64,000 bases of DNA from Synechococcaceae cyanobacterium ELA445 (lineage in GTDB: Bacteria > Cyanobacteriota > Cyanobacteriia > PCC-6307 > Cyanobiaceae): contig JBAXME010000005.1 in NCBI GenBank assembly GCA_037134455.1, positions 1,159 to 65,158 of the forward strand, given 5' to 3'. Below are positions 49,443 through 60,128 of this stretch, one piece after another. The notes beneath the pieces were generated by a model. That model ran no database searches. It was given only the letters and a program-made list of their open reading frames with translations, and had not been told where the DNA came from. Position numbers and translations under genes: made by a program. Position 1 is the stretch's first letter. Each line of letters opens with the position of its first letter.

Positions 49443-50654
49443 TCAGCGCCAGCCGATCAGATCGGGTAGCGCCCGCAGGCCATAGCGCTCAAAGCGGTAG
49501 TCAAAGAGCAGGGCGGAGAGATCCTCCGCCCTTTTTTTGTCGGCAAGCCCGGCAAGCAAACGGTCCAGGCGCCGATCAGCGCCAGCTCCCGTCAACCCCA
49601 GCCAGGTGCGCCGTGCCAGCCGGCCGCTCAGGCTCCAGCGCCAGCCCAGGGCCTTGCGCAACTGCACCGGATAGCTCCCCAGGAGACGATCCGCTTCGGA
49701 TGGCGCAGCCACCGCAGCGATGAGCAGCTCGGAGAGAACCCCGCTGCTGGCCATGGCATGGCGGATGCCCTCGCCCCCCAGCAGGTTGGCGGTGCTCACC
49801 GCATCTCCCAGGCCGATCAGGCGCCCGCGGCGGTGGCTGTCCCGGCGTCTGATCGTGCTGCGAATGCGGCCGCCATGGCGATCCAGCACCCGGTGGCCCA
49901 GCAGGTCGGCCCGCCGCATCATGCGCTCCAGGACGCCCCCCAACGGTGGCTGGGGCCGGGAGGAATCCAGGAGGCGGCACACCCCCACCTTCAGCCGACC
50001 CGGTTGCATCGGGAAAATCCAGCCATAGCCCTGGGGAACCCAGTCGGAACCGAGGGCGAAACTGAGCTGGTCCGACCAGGCCTGCCAGACATCTGGGGGC
50101 ACCTGGAGCAACCACTCAACGCCGAGGCCCTCGGTCAGGGTCTCCTCGCCCGGACCAGGTTCTCCGATCAATTGCCGCCGCTCACCGGTCGCATCCACCA
50201 CCCAGTCGCTGATCACCTCCGTATCCGCACCGGAGCCGAGTCGCAGCTGGGTGACCATGGCCCCCTTCCGCTCCTGGCTGGTGAGGGCGGTGGCCCCCAG
50301 CACCACATCCCCGCCCCAAAGCCTGCACTCGGCCGCGAGCCACTGGCGCAGGGCGCCGAACTCCAACACCACCCCGAGCGGAGAGGGGGCCGTCCAGTGA
50401 CGGCGCTGCTCTCCGGGCCCCAGCAGTTGCCAACGGCTCCAACGGCTGGCCACCACGTGGGCGGGAAGGCCAAGATTCTCCACAGCCGCCCAGGGCAGGG
50501 CGGCACTGCTGAAGGCCCCTCGATCCAGCTGGGGCAATCGATCCACCAGCAGCACGTCGACCCTGGAGCGGGCGAGACGGCGAGCCAATTCACCACCGGC
50601 GGGGCCGGCCCCCACCACCAGCACCTGGCAGCGGAGCGATGGCGGCGAGGTCAA
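49443..50654 (-). CDS. FAD-dependent oxidoreductase, geranylgeranyl-reductase/FixC-like
   Basis: [20 protein letters not shown] and [15 protein letters not shown]; TTG start overlaps the dxs TGA. Confidence 0.82.
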   Translation of the reverse strand: MTSPPSLRCQVLVVGAGPAGGELARRLARSRVDVLLVDRLPQLDRGAFSSAALPWAAVENLGLPAHVVASRWSRWQLLGPGEQRRHWTAPSPLGVVLEFGALRQWLAAECRLWGGDVVLGATALTSQERKGAMVTQLRLGSGADTEVISDWVVDATGERRQLIGEPGPGEETLTEGLGVEWLLQVPPDVWQAWSDQLSFALGSDWVPQGYGWIFPMQPGRLKVGVCRLLDSSRPQPPLGGVLERMMRRADLLGHRVLDRHGGRIRSTIRRRDSHRRGRLIGLGDAVSTANLLGGEGIRHAMASSGVLSELLIAAVAAPSEADRLLGSYPVQLRKALGWRWSLSGRLARRTWLGLTGAGADRRLDRLLAGLADKKRAEDLSALLFDYRFERYGLRALPDLIGWR

Positions 50655-52561
50655 ACGGTGAGGGGTTGGCGCCGGAGCGCGGCGCCGAAGCGCTCGAGAA
50701 TGCGATCGGCCATCTGGGGGGGTGTAAGGCCCAGGGCCTGCTTGCTCTGCTCGGGGCTGGCGTGATCCACCAATTGGTCGGGGATGCCAATGCGCAGGGT
50801 GGGCACGTGCACATCGAGATCACTGAGGGCTTCCAGCACGGCTGCACCAAAGCCACCGGCCAGGGCACCCTCTTCGAAGGTGACCAGACGGCCGATGCGG
50901 CGGGCCATCGGCGCAATCAAGGCTTCGTCGAGGGGGCGCAGGAAGCGGGCGTTGATCACCGAAGCGCGCACCCCCTGCTCCTGCAACAGCCCGGCGGTGG
51001 CCATGGCCGGGGCCACCATGGCTCCGTAGGCCACCAGCAGCAGATCGTCGCCATCGGCGAGCTGTTCGGCCCTGCCGATCTCCAGGGGTTCCCAGCCCTC
51101 CTCCATCAGCGGCACCCCCTCGCCCTCGCCGCGGGGGAAGCGGATGGCACAGGGGCCGTCGTGGCCGATTGAGGTGACCAGCATGCGCTGCAACTCGGCC
51201 TCGTCCTTAGGGGCCATCACCGTGAAGTTGGGGACGGCGCGGAGGTAGCTGATGTCGTACTGGCCCTGGTGGGTGGGGCCATCGGCACCGACGATGCCGG
51301 CGCGGTCAAGCACGAAGGTGACCGGCAACTTCTGGATACCCACATCGTGGATGAGCTGGTCGAAGGCCCGCTGCAGGAAGGTGCTGTAGATCGCCACCAC
51401 GGGCTTGAGGCCCTCACAGGCCATGCCCGCGGCCATGGTGACGGCGTGCTGTTCGGCGATGCCGACATCGAAGTATTGGTTCGGCAGGGCCTTCTCCAGC
51501 AGGTCAAGGCCGGTGCCGGTGGCCATGGCGGCGGTGATGCCCACCACGGTGGGATCCTGCTCGCAGATTTTGATCAGGGTTTGGCCGAAGACCTTGCTGT
51601 AGCTCGGGGGCTTGGGTTTGCTGGAGGGATAGGCCTTGCCGGTCTTGAGGTCGAAGGCGGACTGGGCGTGGTAGCCCACCTGGTCAGCTTCGGCGTAGGG
51701 ATAGCCCTTGCCCTTGGTGGTGGCCACATGCACGAGCACAGGCCCGTCGCAGCGGTGGGCCGCCTGGAAGGTGCGCACCATGGCAGCGATGTCGTGGCCA
51801 TCGACGGGGCCCACGTAGGTGAAGCCCAGCTCCTCGAACACCGCGCCCACCTTGGGCACCGAGAGCCGCTTCATGCTCTCTTTGAGGGTTTTCAGCTCCG
51901 GGGGCAACTCGCCGTGCAGGAAAGGGAGGTGCTTAACGGCTTCCTCGGCGCTGCCGGAGAGGAACTGCAGCGGCGGGCTGAGCCGCATACGGTTGAGATA
52001 GGTGGACAGGGCCCCTACCGGTGGTGAGATCGACATGTCGTTGTCGTTCAACACCACCAGCAATTTGGTGTGGGGCAGATGCCCAGCGTGGTTGATCGCT
52101 TCCAGGGCCATGCCGCCGGTGAGGGCCCCATCGCCGATGACGGCGACGCAGTGGAAATCCTCGCCACGGCGATCGCGGGCCAGGGCCATGCCCAGGGCGG
52201 CCGAGATGCTGGTGGAGGCGTGGCCGGCGCCGAAGTGGTCGAACGAGCTCTCGCATCGCTTCAGATAGCCCGCCACACCACCCTGCTGGCGCAGGGTGTC
52301 GAACTGGGCGTAGCGACCGGTGATCAGCTTGTGGGGATAGGCCTGATGCCCCACATCCCAGACCACCCGATCGTGGTCGAGGTCAAGGGTTTGGTAGAGG
52401 GCGAGGGTGAGCTCCACTACCCCCAGACCCGGGCCGAGGTGGCCGCCGCTGGTGGAGACAACCTCGAGGTGGCGTTCGCGGATCTGGCGGGCGATGGCCT
52501 CCAGTTCAGCGGTGCTGAGACCGTGCAATTGATTCGGATGCCTCAGCTCACTGAGATGCAT
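50651..52561 (-). CDS. dxs: 1-deoxy-D-xylulose-5-phosphate synthase
   Basis: [33 protein letters not shown] and [10 protein letters not shown]. Confidence 0.97.
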   Translation of the reverse strand: MHLSELRHPNQLHGLSTAELEAIARQIRERHLEVVSTSGGHLGPGLGVVELTLALYQTLDLDHDRVVWDVGHQAYPHKLITGRYAQFDTLRQQGGVAGYLKRCESSFDHFGAGHASTSISAALGMALARDRRGEDFHCVAVIGDGALTGGMALEAINHAGHLPHTKLLVVLNDNDMSISPPVGALSTYLNRMRLSPPLQFLSGSAEEAVKHLPFLHGELPPELKTLKESMKRLSVPKVGAVFEELGFTYVGPVDGHDIAAMVRTFQAAHRCDGPVLVHVATTKGKGYPYAEADQVGYHAQSAFDLKTGKAYPSSKPKPPSYSKVFGQTLIKICEQDPTVVGITAAMATGTGLDLLEKALPNQYFDVGIAEQHAVTMAAGMACEGLKPVVAIYSTFLQRAFDQLIHDVGIQKLPVTFVLDRAGIVGADGPTHQGQYDISYLRAVPNFTVMAPKDEAELQRMLVTSIGHDGPCAIRFPRGEGEGVPLMEEGWEPLEIGRAEQLADGDDLLLVAYGAMVAPAMATAGLLQEQGVRASVINARFLRPLDEALIAPMARRIGRLVTFEEGALAGGFGAAVLEALSDLDVHVPTLRIGIPDQLVDHASPEQSKQALGLTPPQMADRILERFGAALRRQPLTV

Positions 52562-52668
52562 GACCCACCCGCCTGATCGGGTCAATCTAGGACCTCCCTC
52601 AGGCCCTCCGGCCGCAAGGGTCACCGTTTCGACAGGGAACTCCGAGGGGTCTTGGCACACTGGAGTCC

Positions 52669-54231
52669 ATGAGCGACTACCTGCAGCGGATCCTGAGGGC
52701 CCGGGTCTACGACGTGGCGATCGAGTCCCCCCTCGATCCGGCCACCAACCTGTCGGCGCGGCTGGGCAATCGGGTGTTGCTCAAGCGGGAGGACCTGCAG
52801 CCGGTGTTCTCCTTCAAGCTGCGGGGCGCCTACAACAAAATGGTGGGCCTGGAGCCCGGGGAACGGGCCCGGGGCGTGATCGCCGCCAGTGCCGGCAACC
52901 ATGCCCAGGGGGTGGCCCTGGCGGCCCAGAAGCTTGGTTGCCATGCGGTGATCGTGATGCCGGTCACGACGCCCGAGATGAAGGTGCGATCCGTGGCCGC
53001 CCGGGGGGCCGAAGTGGTGCTCCATGGCGACACCTACGACGAGGCCTACCGCCATGCCCGCCAACTGGAGCAGGAGCGGGGACTGAGCTTCATCCACCCC
53101 TTCGACGATCCCGATGTGATCGCCGGTCAAGGCACCATCGCCCTGGAGATCCTGCGCCAGTGCTCCACTCCCCCTGATGCCATCTACGTGGCGGTGGGGG
53201 GCGGTGGCCTGATCGCCGGCATCGCCGCCTACGTGAAAAGCCTCTGGCCCCAGGTGGAGGTGATCGGCGTGGAACCGGAGGACGCCGACGCCATGACCCG
53301 TTCCCTGGCGGCCGGCAAGAGGGTGATGTTGGAGCAGGTGGGCCTGTTTGCCGATGGGGTGGCGGTGCACCAGGTGGGGGAACACACCTTTGCCCTGGCC
53401 CAACGCCACGTGGACGCGATGGTGACGGTGGACACCGATGAGATCTGCGCCGCCATCAAGGACGTCTTTGAAGACACCCGCTCCATCCTCGAGCCGGCTG
53501 GCGCCCTGTCGGTGGCGGGGCTGAAGGCGGATGTGTTGCGCAGGGGCCTGGAGGGCAAGACCCTGGTGGCGGTGGCCTGCGGCGCCAACATGAACTTCGA
53601 CCGGCTGCGCTTCGTGGCCGAGCGCGCCGAGCTGGGGGAAGAGCGCGAGGCCATGCTGGCCGTGGAAATCCCGGAGCGGCCGGGCAGTCTGCGGCGTCTG
53701 TGCGAGGTGCTCGGCTCCCGCAGCCTCACGGAGTTCAGCTACCGCATGGCCGATCCCCGCATTGCCCATATTTTCCTGGGGGTGCAGGTGCTCGGCCATG
53801 ACGACGCCAAACACCTGCAGGCGGAGCTGGAGACGGGGGGATTTCCCTGCCTCGATCTCAGCGGCAATGAGCTGGCCAAGCTGCACCTCCGCCACATGGT
53901 GGGGGGACGCCTACCCGTGCGGGTGCCTGCCGCAGCGGACTCTGAGCTGAGGGAATTGCTCTACCGCTTCGAGTTTCCCGAACGGCCGGGTGCCCTGATG
54001 GCGTTCGTCAACGCCCTGCACCCGAACTGGAGCATCAGCATCTTCCATTACCGCAACCACGGCGCCGACGTGGGCCGCATCGTGGTGGGTGTGCAGGTAA
54101 CGGCCGAACAATTGGCCGATTGGAACCTCTTTCTGGCCGGTCTGGGCTACCGCCACTGGGAGGAGACCGCCAACCCCGCCTATGCCCTCTTTCTGGGTGC
54201 CACGGGCGCCGCCCAGCCTGCAGGGGCTTGA
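52669..54231 (+). CDS. ilvA: Threonine ammonia-lyase, biosynthetic
   Basis: [27 protein letters not shown] and VGGGGL; C-terminal ACT domains [10 protein letters not shown]. Confidence 0.97.
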   Translation: MSDYLQRILRARVYDVAIESPLDPATNLSARLGNRVLLKREDLQPVFSFKLRGAYNKMVGLEPGERARGVIAASAGNHAQGVALAAQKLGCHAVIVMPVTTPEMKVRSVAARGAEVVLHGDTYDEAYRHARQLEQERGLSFIHPFDDPDVIAGQGTIALEILRQCSTPPDAIYVAVGGGGLIAGIAAYVKSLWPQVEVIGVEPEDADAMTRSLAAGKRVMLEQVGLFADGVAVHQVGEHTFALAQRHVDAMVTVDTDEICAAIKDVFEDTRSILEPAGALSVAGLKADVLRRGLEGKTLVAVACGANMNFDRLRFVAERAELGEEREAMLAVEIPERPGSLRRLCEVLGSRSLTEFSYRMADPRIAHIFLGVQVLGHDDAKHLQAELETGGFPCLDLSGNELAKLHLRHMVGGRLPVRVPAAADSELRELLYRFEFPERPGALMAFVNALHPNWSISIFHYRNHGADVGRIVVGVQVTAEQLADWNLFLAGLGYRHWEETANPAYALFLGATGAAQPAGA

Positions 54232-54297
54232 GTGCCGCCATGGCAGGAACCCATTCGCCTGCGGTACGGTGCAGGCCTTACCTGCTGGCGCCTGCGC

Positions 54298-54873
54298 ATG
54301 CCCAGCGAAAGCCTTTCGCTCCCAGCCCACCTGGAGGCAATCCTCTACCTCAAGGGCAAGCCCCTCACCCTGGGTGAGCTGGCCGAGATCGCAGCCGTGA
54401 CTCGCGAAGAAGCCGAGTTGGCCCTGATCACCCTGATGGCCGATTACGCCCATCGCGATACGGCCCTGGAAATCCGCCAGGACGGATCCCACTACGGCCT
54501 GCAGCTGCGCGAGAGCCTGGGCGACCTGGTGCAGAACCTTTTGCCCGTGGATCTGTCCACGGCCTCCCTGCGCACCCTCGCCACCATTGCGCTCAAAAAA
54601 CGGCTATTGCAATCGGAGCTGGTGGAGCTGCGCGGTTCCGGGGCCTACGACCACATCAAGGAGCTGCTGGCCCACGGCTTCATCGAGCGGCGGCGCCAGA
54701 GCGATGGCCGCTCCTCCTGGCTGACCCTGAGCGAGAAATTCCACCGCACCTTCGCCATCAAGGCTGACGACCTGGCAAGCCGACGCCCCCGCGAGGTTGC
54801 AAAGGAGGCTGATGCCTCAGGGGCCCCTGCCGCTGGCAGCGGGCCGGAATCCGATTGGGAGGAGGCTGCCTAG
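54298..54873 (+). CDS. scpB: SMC-Scp complex subunit ScpB
   Basis: LEAILY, LRTLATIA...QSELVELRGSGAYDHIKEL. Confidence 0.9.
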   Translation: MPSESLSLPAHLEAILYLKGKPLTLGELAEIAAVTREEAELALITLMADYAHRDTALEIRQDGSHYGLQLRESLGDLVQNLLPVDLSTASLRTLATIALKKRLLQSELVELRGSGAYDHIKELLAHGFIERRRQSDGRSSWLTLSEKFHRTFAIKADDLASRRPREVAKEADASGAPAAGSGPESDWEEAA

Positions 54874-54905
54874 AGTCGCGCCCAGAATCCGATCCGAAGG
54901 AACCC

Positions 54906-55199
54906 ATGGAAGCCCTGAGCCTGCTGCTGGGTGTGCTGGCCCAGACCCTCAGCATCTACACCCTCATCCTGTTGGTGCGGGTGCTGCTCAGCTGGTTCCC
55001 CAACCTGGATTGGAGCAACCCCGTGCTCTCCACGGTGAGCTCCATCACCGATCCCTATCTCAATGTTTTCAGGGGGTTGATTCCGCCCCTGGGGGGGCTT
55101 GATCTTTCGGCGATCATCGCCTTCATCGCCCTCAACCTGGTCCAGCAACTGCTCGGTGGCCTGAGCGCCTCGTTGATGGGGGGCGGTCTTGGTTACTGA
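54906..55199 (+). CDS. YggT/YlmG family membrane protein
   Basis: VLLSWFPN...ITDPYLNVFRGLIPPLGGLDLSAI. Confidence 0.92.
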   Translation: MEALSLLLGVLAQTLSIYTLILLVRVLLSWFPNLDWSNPVLSTVSSITDPYLNVFRGLIPPLGGLDLSAIIAFIALNLVQQLLGGLSASLMGGGLGY

Positions 55200-55729
55200 A
55201 TCGGTCGGCCGTTTGTAAGAGAGTCCTGGTCGGCCAATTGCTGTTCCAGGGGAAGCAGTTCGTCCTCTTCACCGGCCCGCCGACGCACGGGTGCACTGAA
55301 TCCCCTGGCCTTCACATTGCTGAAACGAAACGGCCCCGGTGTTCCCGGTGGCACCGCCAGCCTGAGGGCAAAGTCGGAACGACCAGGGGGCACGTCGCCG
55401 ATCGATCCCACCCGCGTGCGGTTGGGCAGCACCGGTTCACCGCTGGCATCGAGGATTCGAGCGAACACATCGGTGTCCACCACTGCTTTTCTGCCCGAAT
55501 TGATCACCTCCCCCCGTAGGGCGTAGCACCGGGCTTCCGCCTCCCGGCGCAGCTGGGGCTGGGTGCCCACATCCGCGGCAGGACAGGGCTCCAGCGTCAC
55601 CCCACTCACCCGCAGCTCTGCCGCCAGGGCAGGCCCTGCGGCGGCCACCAGTACGAGCAACCCCGTGGCCAGGCCCAGAAGGGCCCTCACCAGCCAAGAG
55701 ATGCGCCGAGGGTGGGGGTGCTTGATCAC
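55193..55729 (-). CDS. Exported hypothetical protein
   Basis: Signal peptide ending ALA-A; two Cys; GTG start overlaps the HD-GYP stop. Confidence 0.7.
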   Translation of the reverse strand: MIKHPHPRRISWLVRALLGLATGLLVLVAAAGPALAAELRVSGVTLEPCPAADVGTQPQLRREAEARCYALRGEVINSGRKAVVDTDVFARILDASGEPVLPNRTRVGSIGDVPPGRSDFALRLAVPPGTPGPFRFSNVKARGFSAPVRRRAGEEDELLPLEQQLADQDSLTNGRPIQ

Positions 55730-56436
55730 AGGGCTTGTCCGGAGGCCGGATGGGTGATGTCTGGATAGGGATCTCCATAGCCCCCTTCAACGGGATTGAG
55801 ATGGGAGGGGAAGCTTTCGGGGAAGCGGTAATCGCCCTGCCGGAAGAGGCGGACGCAGGCCCCCACCACAGCTGGGTCAAACAGGACCCCGCTGCCCTGC
55901 TGCAAGACCGTCAGGGCTTTCTCAAGTCCGGGGGACTCCCGGTAGGGACGTTCACTGACCATCGATTCCATCGTGTCAGCCACCGCGAGGATGCGGGCGG
56001 CCTGGCAGATGGCCCCAGCCTTGAGCCCCTGGGGATAGCCGCTGCCATCCAGCCGCTCGTGATGCTGAAGGACCGCCTGGTTCATCTGCAGCGGCAAGGG
56101 CACATTGCGGAGCACCGCATAGCCGGTGACGGGGTGGCCCGTGACGGCGGCCAACTCCGCAATCGAGAGCTCCCTCGGCTTGCTGAGGATGTCGATGGGC
56201 ATGGCAATCATGCCGATGTCATGGAGCAGGCCTCCCACGCGGACGCTGAGCACCTCAGCGGTCGAAAATCCCAGTTCAAGGGCGAGGGCAGCGGCCAGAT
56301 GGGCCATCCGCTGGGAGTGCAAGTAGGTAACGGTGTCCCGGGCCTCCAGGACCGCAAGCAGGGCGCGCACGGTTCCTGCGTGGGCGACGAACCCGTCAAA
56401 CCCTTCGCCCGGGGGGGACGTGAGCAGGGGTTCCAT
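55726..56436 (-). CDS. Stand-alone HD-GYP domain protein (cyclic dinucleotide phosphodiesterase family)
   Basis: HSQR, LLHDIG, HP, HHERLDGSGYP, ILAVAD and RPYR. Confidence 0.88.
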   Translation of the reverse strand: MEPLLTSPPGEGFDGFVAHAGTVRALLAVLEARDTVTYLHSQRMAHLAAALALELGFSTAEVLSVRVGGLLHDIGMIAMPIDILSKPRELSIAELAAVTGHPVTGYAVLRNVPLPLQMNQAVLQHHERLDGSGYPQGLKAGAICQAARILAVADTMESMVSERPYRESPGLEKALTVLQQGSGVLFDPAVVGACVRLFRQGDYRFPESFPSHLNPVEGGYGDPYPDITHPASGQAL

Positions 56437-56473
56437 GGGCGGAACGGGATCCGAAGACGTGCTTCAACGCTAG

Positions 56474-56803
56474 TCAGCGCCGATCGCCACTTCCAGAAAT
56501 CACATTTCGCTCCGAACGGCTGGCCAATTTGGCCAGATTTGCCTGGCCGATCTCCTCCAGGCTGAATCCCAGTTCGCTGGCCAATTGGGCCACGTACCAG
56601 AGCACGTCACCCAGTTCCAGCTTCAGATCCTCACGCACCCGGGCGTCGAAAACGCCTCCCTGATCCCGCAGCACCTTCTTCACCTTGTCCGCCACTTCCC
56701 CCGCCTCGCCACAAAGGCCAAGGGTGGGGTAGATCGGATTGGAGCCCGCCTGGGGATAAAGGGCAGTCTGTCGTGCCTGGTTCTGGTAGGCGTCGAGGTC
56801 CAT
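56474..56803 (-). CDS. MazG-like NTP pyrophosphohydrolase
   Basis: [16 protein letters not shown] and [13 protein letters not shown]. Confidence 0.9.
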   Translation of the reverse strand: MDLDAYQNQARQTALYPQAGSNPIYPTLGLCGEAGEVADKVKKVLRDQGGVFDARVREDLKLELGDVLWYVAQLASELGFSLEEIGQANLAKLASRSERNVISGSGDRR

Positions 56804-56861
56804 GGCGATGACATCAAAGGCCAGGCCGGATGGTAGTTTCCGCAAACCCTTCGGCCTTCCG

Positions 56862-58361
56862 ATGGCTCAGCCCGATCTGACGCGACGCACCAAGATCGTG
56901 GCCACCATCGGCCCCGCCACCGAGTCGGCCCAGAGACTCAAGGAACTGGTGCTGGCTGGAGCCACCACCTTCCGGCTCAACTTCTCCCACGGCGACCACG
57001 CCGATCACGCCGCCCGGATCGCCACGATCCGGCAGGTGTCCAAGGAACTGGGAATTCACATCGGCATCCTCCAGGATCTCCAGGGGCCCAAGATCCGTCT
57101 TGGTCGCTTTGACTCCGGCCCGATCACCCTGGCCAGCGGCGACCCCTTCGCCCTCACCTCCCGGGAGGTGGCCTGCAACCAGACCATCGCCACGGTCACC
57201 TACGACAAGCTGGCCGAGGAAGTAACCGAGGGCTGTCGCATCCTTCTCGATGACGGCCGCGTTGAGATGGTGGTGGTGAAGGTGGATCGCCCTGAGCGCA
57301 CCCTCCGCTGCAAGGTCACCGTCGGTGGGGTGCTCTCCAACAACAAAGGGGTCAACTTCCCCGATGTGCAGCTCTCGATTCGGGCCATGACCCCCAAGGA
57401 CCGGGAGGACCTCACCTTCGGTCTGGCCCAGGGGGTCGACTGGGTCGCCCTCAGCTTCGTGCGCAACCCCTCCGACATGGTGGAGATCCGGGAGCTGATC
57501 CGCAGCCAGGGCCACTCCACGCCTGTGATCGCCAAGATCGAAAAGTTCGAAGCCATCGACCAGATCGACGCCATCCTGCCCCTCTGCGACGGGGTGATGG
57601 TGGCCCGCGGAGACCTCGGCGTGGAGATGCCCGCCGAGGAAGTGCCGCTGCTGCAGAAGGAACTGATCCGTAAGTCCAACAGCCTCGGCATTCCGATCAT
57701 CACGGCCACCCAGATGCTCGACAGCATGGCGGGCAGCCCTAGACCGACGCGGGCCGAGGTCAGTGACGTGGCCAACGCCATCCTCGATGGCACCGACGCC
57801 GTCATGCTCTCCAACGAAACCGCCGTGGGCGAATATCCGGTGGAAGCCGTGGCCACCATGGCCCAGATCTCCAGGCGGATTGAGCGCGACTATCCCCTGC
57901 GCACCCTCGACAGCCACATCGCCAGCACGATCCCCAACGCCATCAGCCAGGCGGTGAGCAGCATTGCCCGCCAGCTCAATGCTGCCGCGATCCTCCCCCT
58001 CACCAAGAGCGGCGCCACGGCCCGTAACGTCAGCAAATTCCGCCCTTCCACACCGATCCTGGCCATCACCAGCGAGGAGAAGGTGGCCCGTCAACTTCAG
58101 CTGGTATGGGGGGTCAACCCGCTGTTGATCGCCGACCAGGAGTCCACCAGCGCCACCTTCGGAGCGGCCATGGCCCATGGCCAGGAGCACGGCCTCCTCA
58201 AGGAGGGGGACCTGGTGGTCCAGACCGCCGGCACCCTGCCGGGAGTGAGCGGCTCCACCGACCTGGTCAAAGTGGGGATCGTCAGCCGGGAGCGGGACGA
58301 GGCGGAGACCCGGCGCAACGATGACAGCCCCTTCCACGCCAGGCTGAGCTCCACCGTCTGA
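56862..58361 (+). CDS. pyk: Pyruvate kinase
   Basis: [32 protein letters not shown] and TQMLDSM. Confidence 0.97.
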   Translation: MAQPDLTRRTKIVATIGPATESAQRLKELVLAGATTFRLNFSHGDHADHAARIATIRQVSKELGIHIGILQDLQGPKIRLGRFDSGPITLASGDPFALTSREVACNQTIATVTYDKLAEEVTEGCRILLDDGRVEMVVVKVDRPERTLRCKVTVGGVLSNNKGVNFPDVQLSIRAMTPKDREDLTFGLAQGVDWVALSFVRNPSDMVEIRELIRSQGHSTPVIAKIEKFEAIDQIDAILPLCDGVMVARGDLGVEMPAEEVPLLQKELIRKSNSLGIPIITATQMLDSMAGSPRPTRAEVSDVANAILDGTDAVMLSNETAVGEYPVEAVATMAQISRRIERDYPLRTLDSHIASTIPNAISQAVSSIARQLNAAAILPLTKSGATARNVSKFRPSTPILAITSEEKVARQLQLVWGVNPLLIADQESTSATFGAAMAHGQEHGLLKEGDLVVQTAGTLPGVSGSTDLVKVGIVSRERDEAETRRNDDSPFHARLSSTV

Positions 58362-58371
58362 CCCCCAGCCC

Positions 58372-59616
58372 ATGGCCGCCAAGCTCCCTCTGAGGCAACT
58401 CCCCTTGGGGGAAACCGTGGCGATGGCCCTGAACACCCTCCGGGCCAACCGGATGCGCAGCCTGCTGACGATGCTGGGCATCGTCATCGGCAATGCCTCC
58501 GTGATCACCCTGGTGGGGGTGGGCAAGGGGGCCCAGAACTTGGCGGAAGGCCAGCTCAACACCCTCGGGGCCAATGTGCTCTTCGTGGTTCCGGGCAACA
58601 ACGACACCCGCCGGCAGGGCCTGGAAAATCCCAAGACCCTCGTACTGGAGGACGCCCGAGCCATCACCGAGCAGGTGCCGAGCATCCGACGCGTGGTGCC
58701 CCAGGTGAGCCTCAACGAGGTAGTGCAGGCCGGTGCCAACAGCGCCAGTTCCTCGATCTCGGGAGTAACCCCGGATTTTCTGGCCGTGCGCCGCTTCGAT
58801 GTGGCCCAGGGACGCTTCCTCAGTGAACAAGACCTGGAGTCAGCCCGCAACGTGGCCGTCATCGGACCAGACCTGCGGGACAAGTTGCTGCCCACCGGAT
58901 CGGCCATCGGCCGCCGCATCCGCATCCGCAACCAGTCGTTCGAGGTGATTGGGGTGATGGCCGCCAAGGGGGCGGTGTTCGGCTCCAACCAGGACGAAGC
59001 GGCCTACATCCCCCTCACCACGATGGTCAACAAGCTCAGCGGCCGCGACCCGACCTACGGGGTCAGCCTGAGCTTCATCAGCGTTGAGGCGCGGGACGAG
59101 GCCAGTACCAACGCGGCCAAATTCCAGATCACCAACCTGCTGCGCCAACGGCACAAGATCCTGAGAGAGGACGACTTTGCCGTCCGCTCCCAGAAGGACG
59201 CCCTCTCGATTGTGGGCACCATCACCGGCGGCCTCACCTTGATGCTGGGGGCCATCGGCGGGGTATCCCTGTTGGTGGGCGGCATCGGCATCATGAACAT
59301 CATGTTGGTGTCCGTCAGCGAGCGCACCGAGGAGATCGGCCTACGCAAGGCGGTGGGGGCCCGCAGCACCGATGTGCTGCTGCAGTTTCTTGTGGAGTCC
59401 CTGGTGCTGGCAGCCCTTGGGGGCGCCATCGGCAGCGCCGTGGGTCTGACCACGATCGCGGCCGTCAACCGCTTCACTGCCCTGCCGGCCGCGATCGGTG
59501 CCGGAAACGTAGTTTTCACCGTGGCGCTTTCGGGTTCGATCGGCCTGTTCTTCGGGGTGGTGCCGGCCCGACGGGCCGCCCGTCTTGATCCGATCACCGC
59601 CTTGCGCAGCCTCTGA
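58372..59616 (+). CDS. MacB/FtsX-family ABC transporter permease
   Basis: RSLLTMLGIVIG, VGGIGIMNIMLVSVSERTEEIGLRKAVGA and PARRAARLDPI. Confidence 0.92.
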   Translation: MAAKLPLRQLPLGETVAMALNTLRANRMRSLLTMLGIVIGNASVITLVGVGKGAQNLAEGQLNTLGANVLFVVPGNNDTRRQGLENPKTLVLEDARAITEQVPSIRRVVPQVSLNEVVQAGANSASSSISGVTPDFLAVRRFDVAQGRFLSEQDLESARNVAVIGPDLRDKLLPTGSAIGRRIRIRNQSFEVIGVMAAKGAVFGSNQDEAAYIPLTTMVNKLSGRDPTYGVSLSFISVEARDEASTNAAKFQITNLLRQRHKILREDDFAVRSQKDALSIVGTITGGLTLMLGAIGGVSLLVGGIGIMNIMLVSVSERTEEIGLRKAVGARSTDVLLQFLVESLVLAALGGAIGSAVGLTTIAAVNRFTALPAAIGAGNVVFTVALSGSIGLFFGVVPARRAARLDPITALRSL

Positions 59617-59732
59617 ACGGCGAGGGGATCCCCCACCGGAGCGCTGCCCAGCACTGAGGACCTACTCCTTAAGAAACCCTTAAAAACCCAAAATCGTCAA
59701 GATCGTCACCAAGCGCACACCTGGCAGGTGGG

Positions 59733-60044
59733 TTGATGGGGTGTCTCGATGAGGATTCGATCTTGGCGCTTCTCTCGTGCGGCTATCGCAATACCAGCGA
59801 CCGCATGGTGATCGTTCGTTGCTGTGGCCCCGAAGAATTTTTCCTCGAACGGGTGGTCTTTCCTTTTGAACTCCTCAGCTTCCGGGCCCCCGCTGGCTGC
59901 GAGGTCGAGATCTGGACCCACGACCTGGGCGGTCCAACGCTGGTGGAAGTCATTGATGCCCGCGACCTCTTGGTCGAGTCTCCCCTTGCCGAGAGTCAGG
60001 AGGGAACAGCGGCGTCTGCCATCGCCGGCAGCCTTTTGAACTGA
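59733..60044 (+). CDS. DUF1830-like protein
   Basis: YRNTSDRMVIVRC...FLERVVFPFELLSF.AP resembles DUF1830 from memory; start uncertain. Confidence 0.7.
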   Translation: MMGCLDEDSILALLSCGYRNTSDRMVIVRCCGPEEFFLERVVFPFELLSFRAPAGCEVEIWTHDLGGPTLVEVIDARDLLVESPLAESQEGTAASAIAGSLLN

Positions 60045-60128
60045 GCCTTCTGGGCCCCGGCCGATCGCCCCGCCGATCGCCACGGGCTGGCCGGAGGGCC
60101 TCTTAAAGTTTGGCAAAAGAGCCTCTCC

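Noticed and set aside
56801-56861. pyk starting at 56802, overlapping the mazG-like start codon
   Set aside because: Pyruvate kinase similarity begins near RRTKIVAT; ATG 56862 leaves a normal 58-bp divergent spacer.
60060-60081. GCCGATCGCC direct repeat upstream of ftsH
   Set aside because: Short, GC-rich and HIP1-like; plausible by chance, with no match to a regulator motif I can name.
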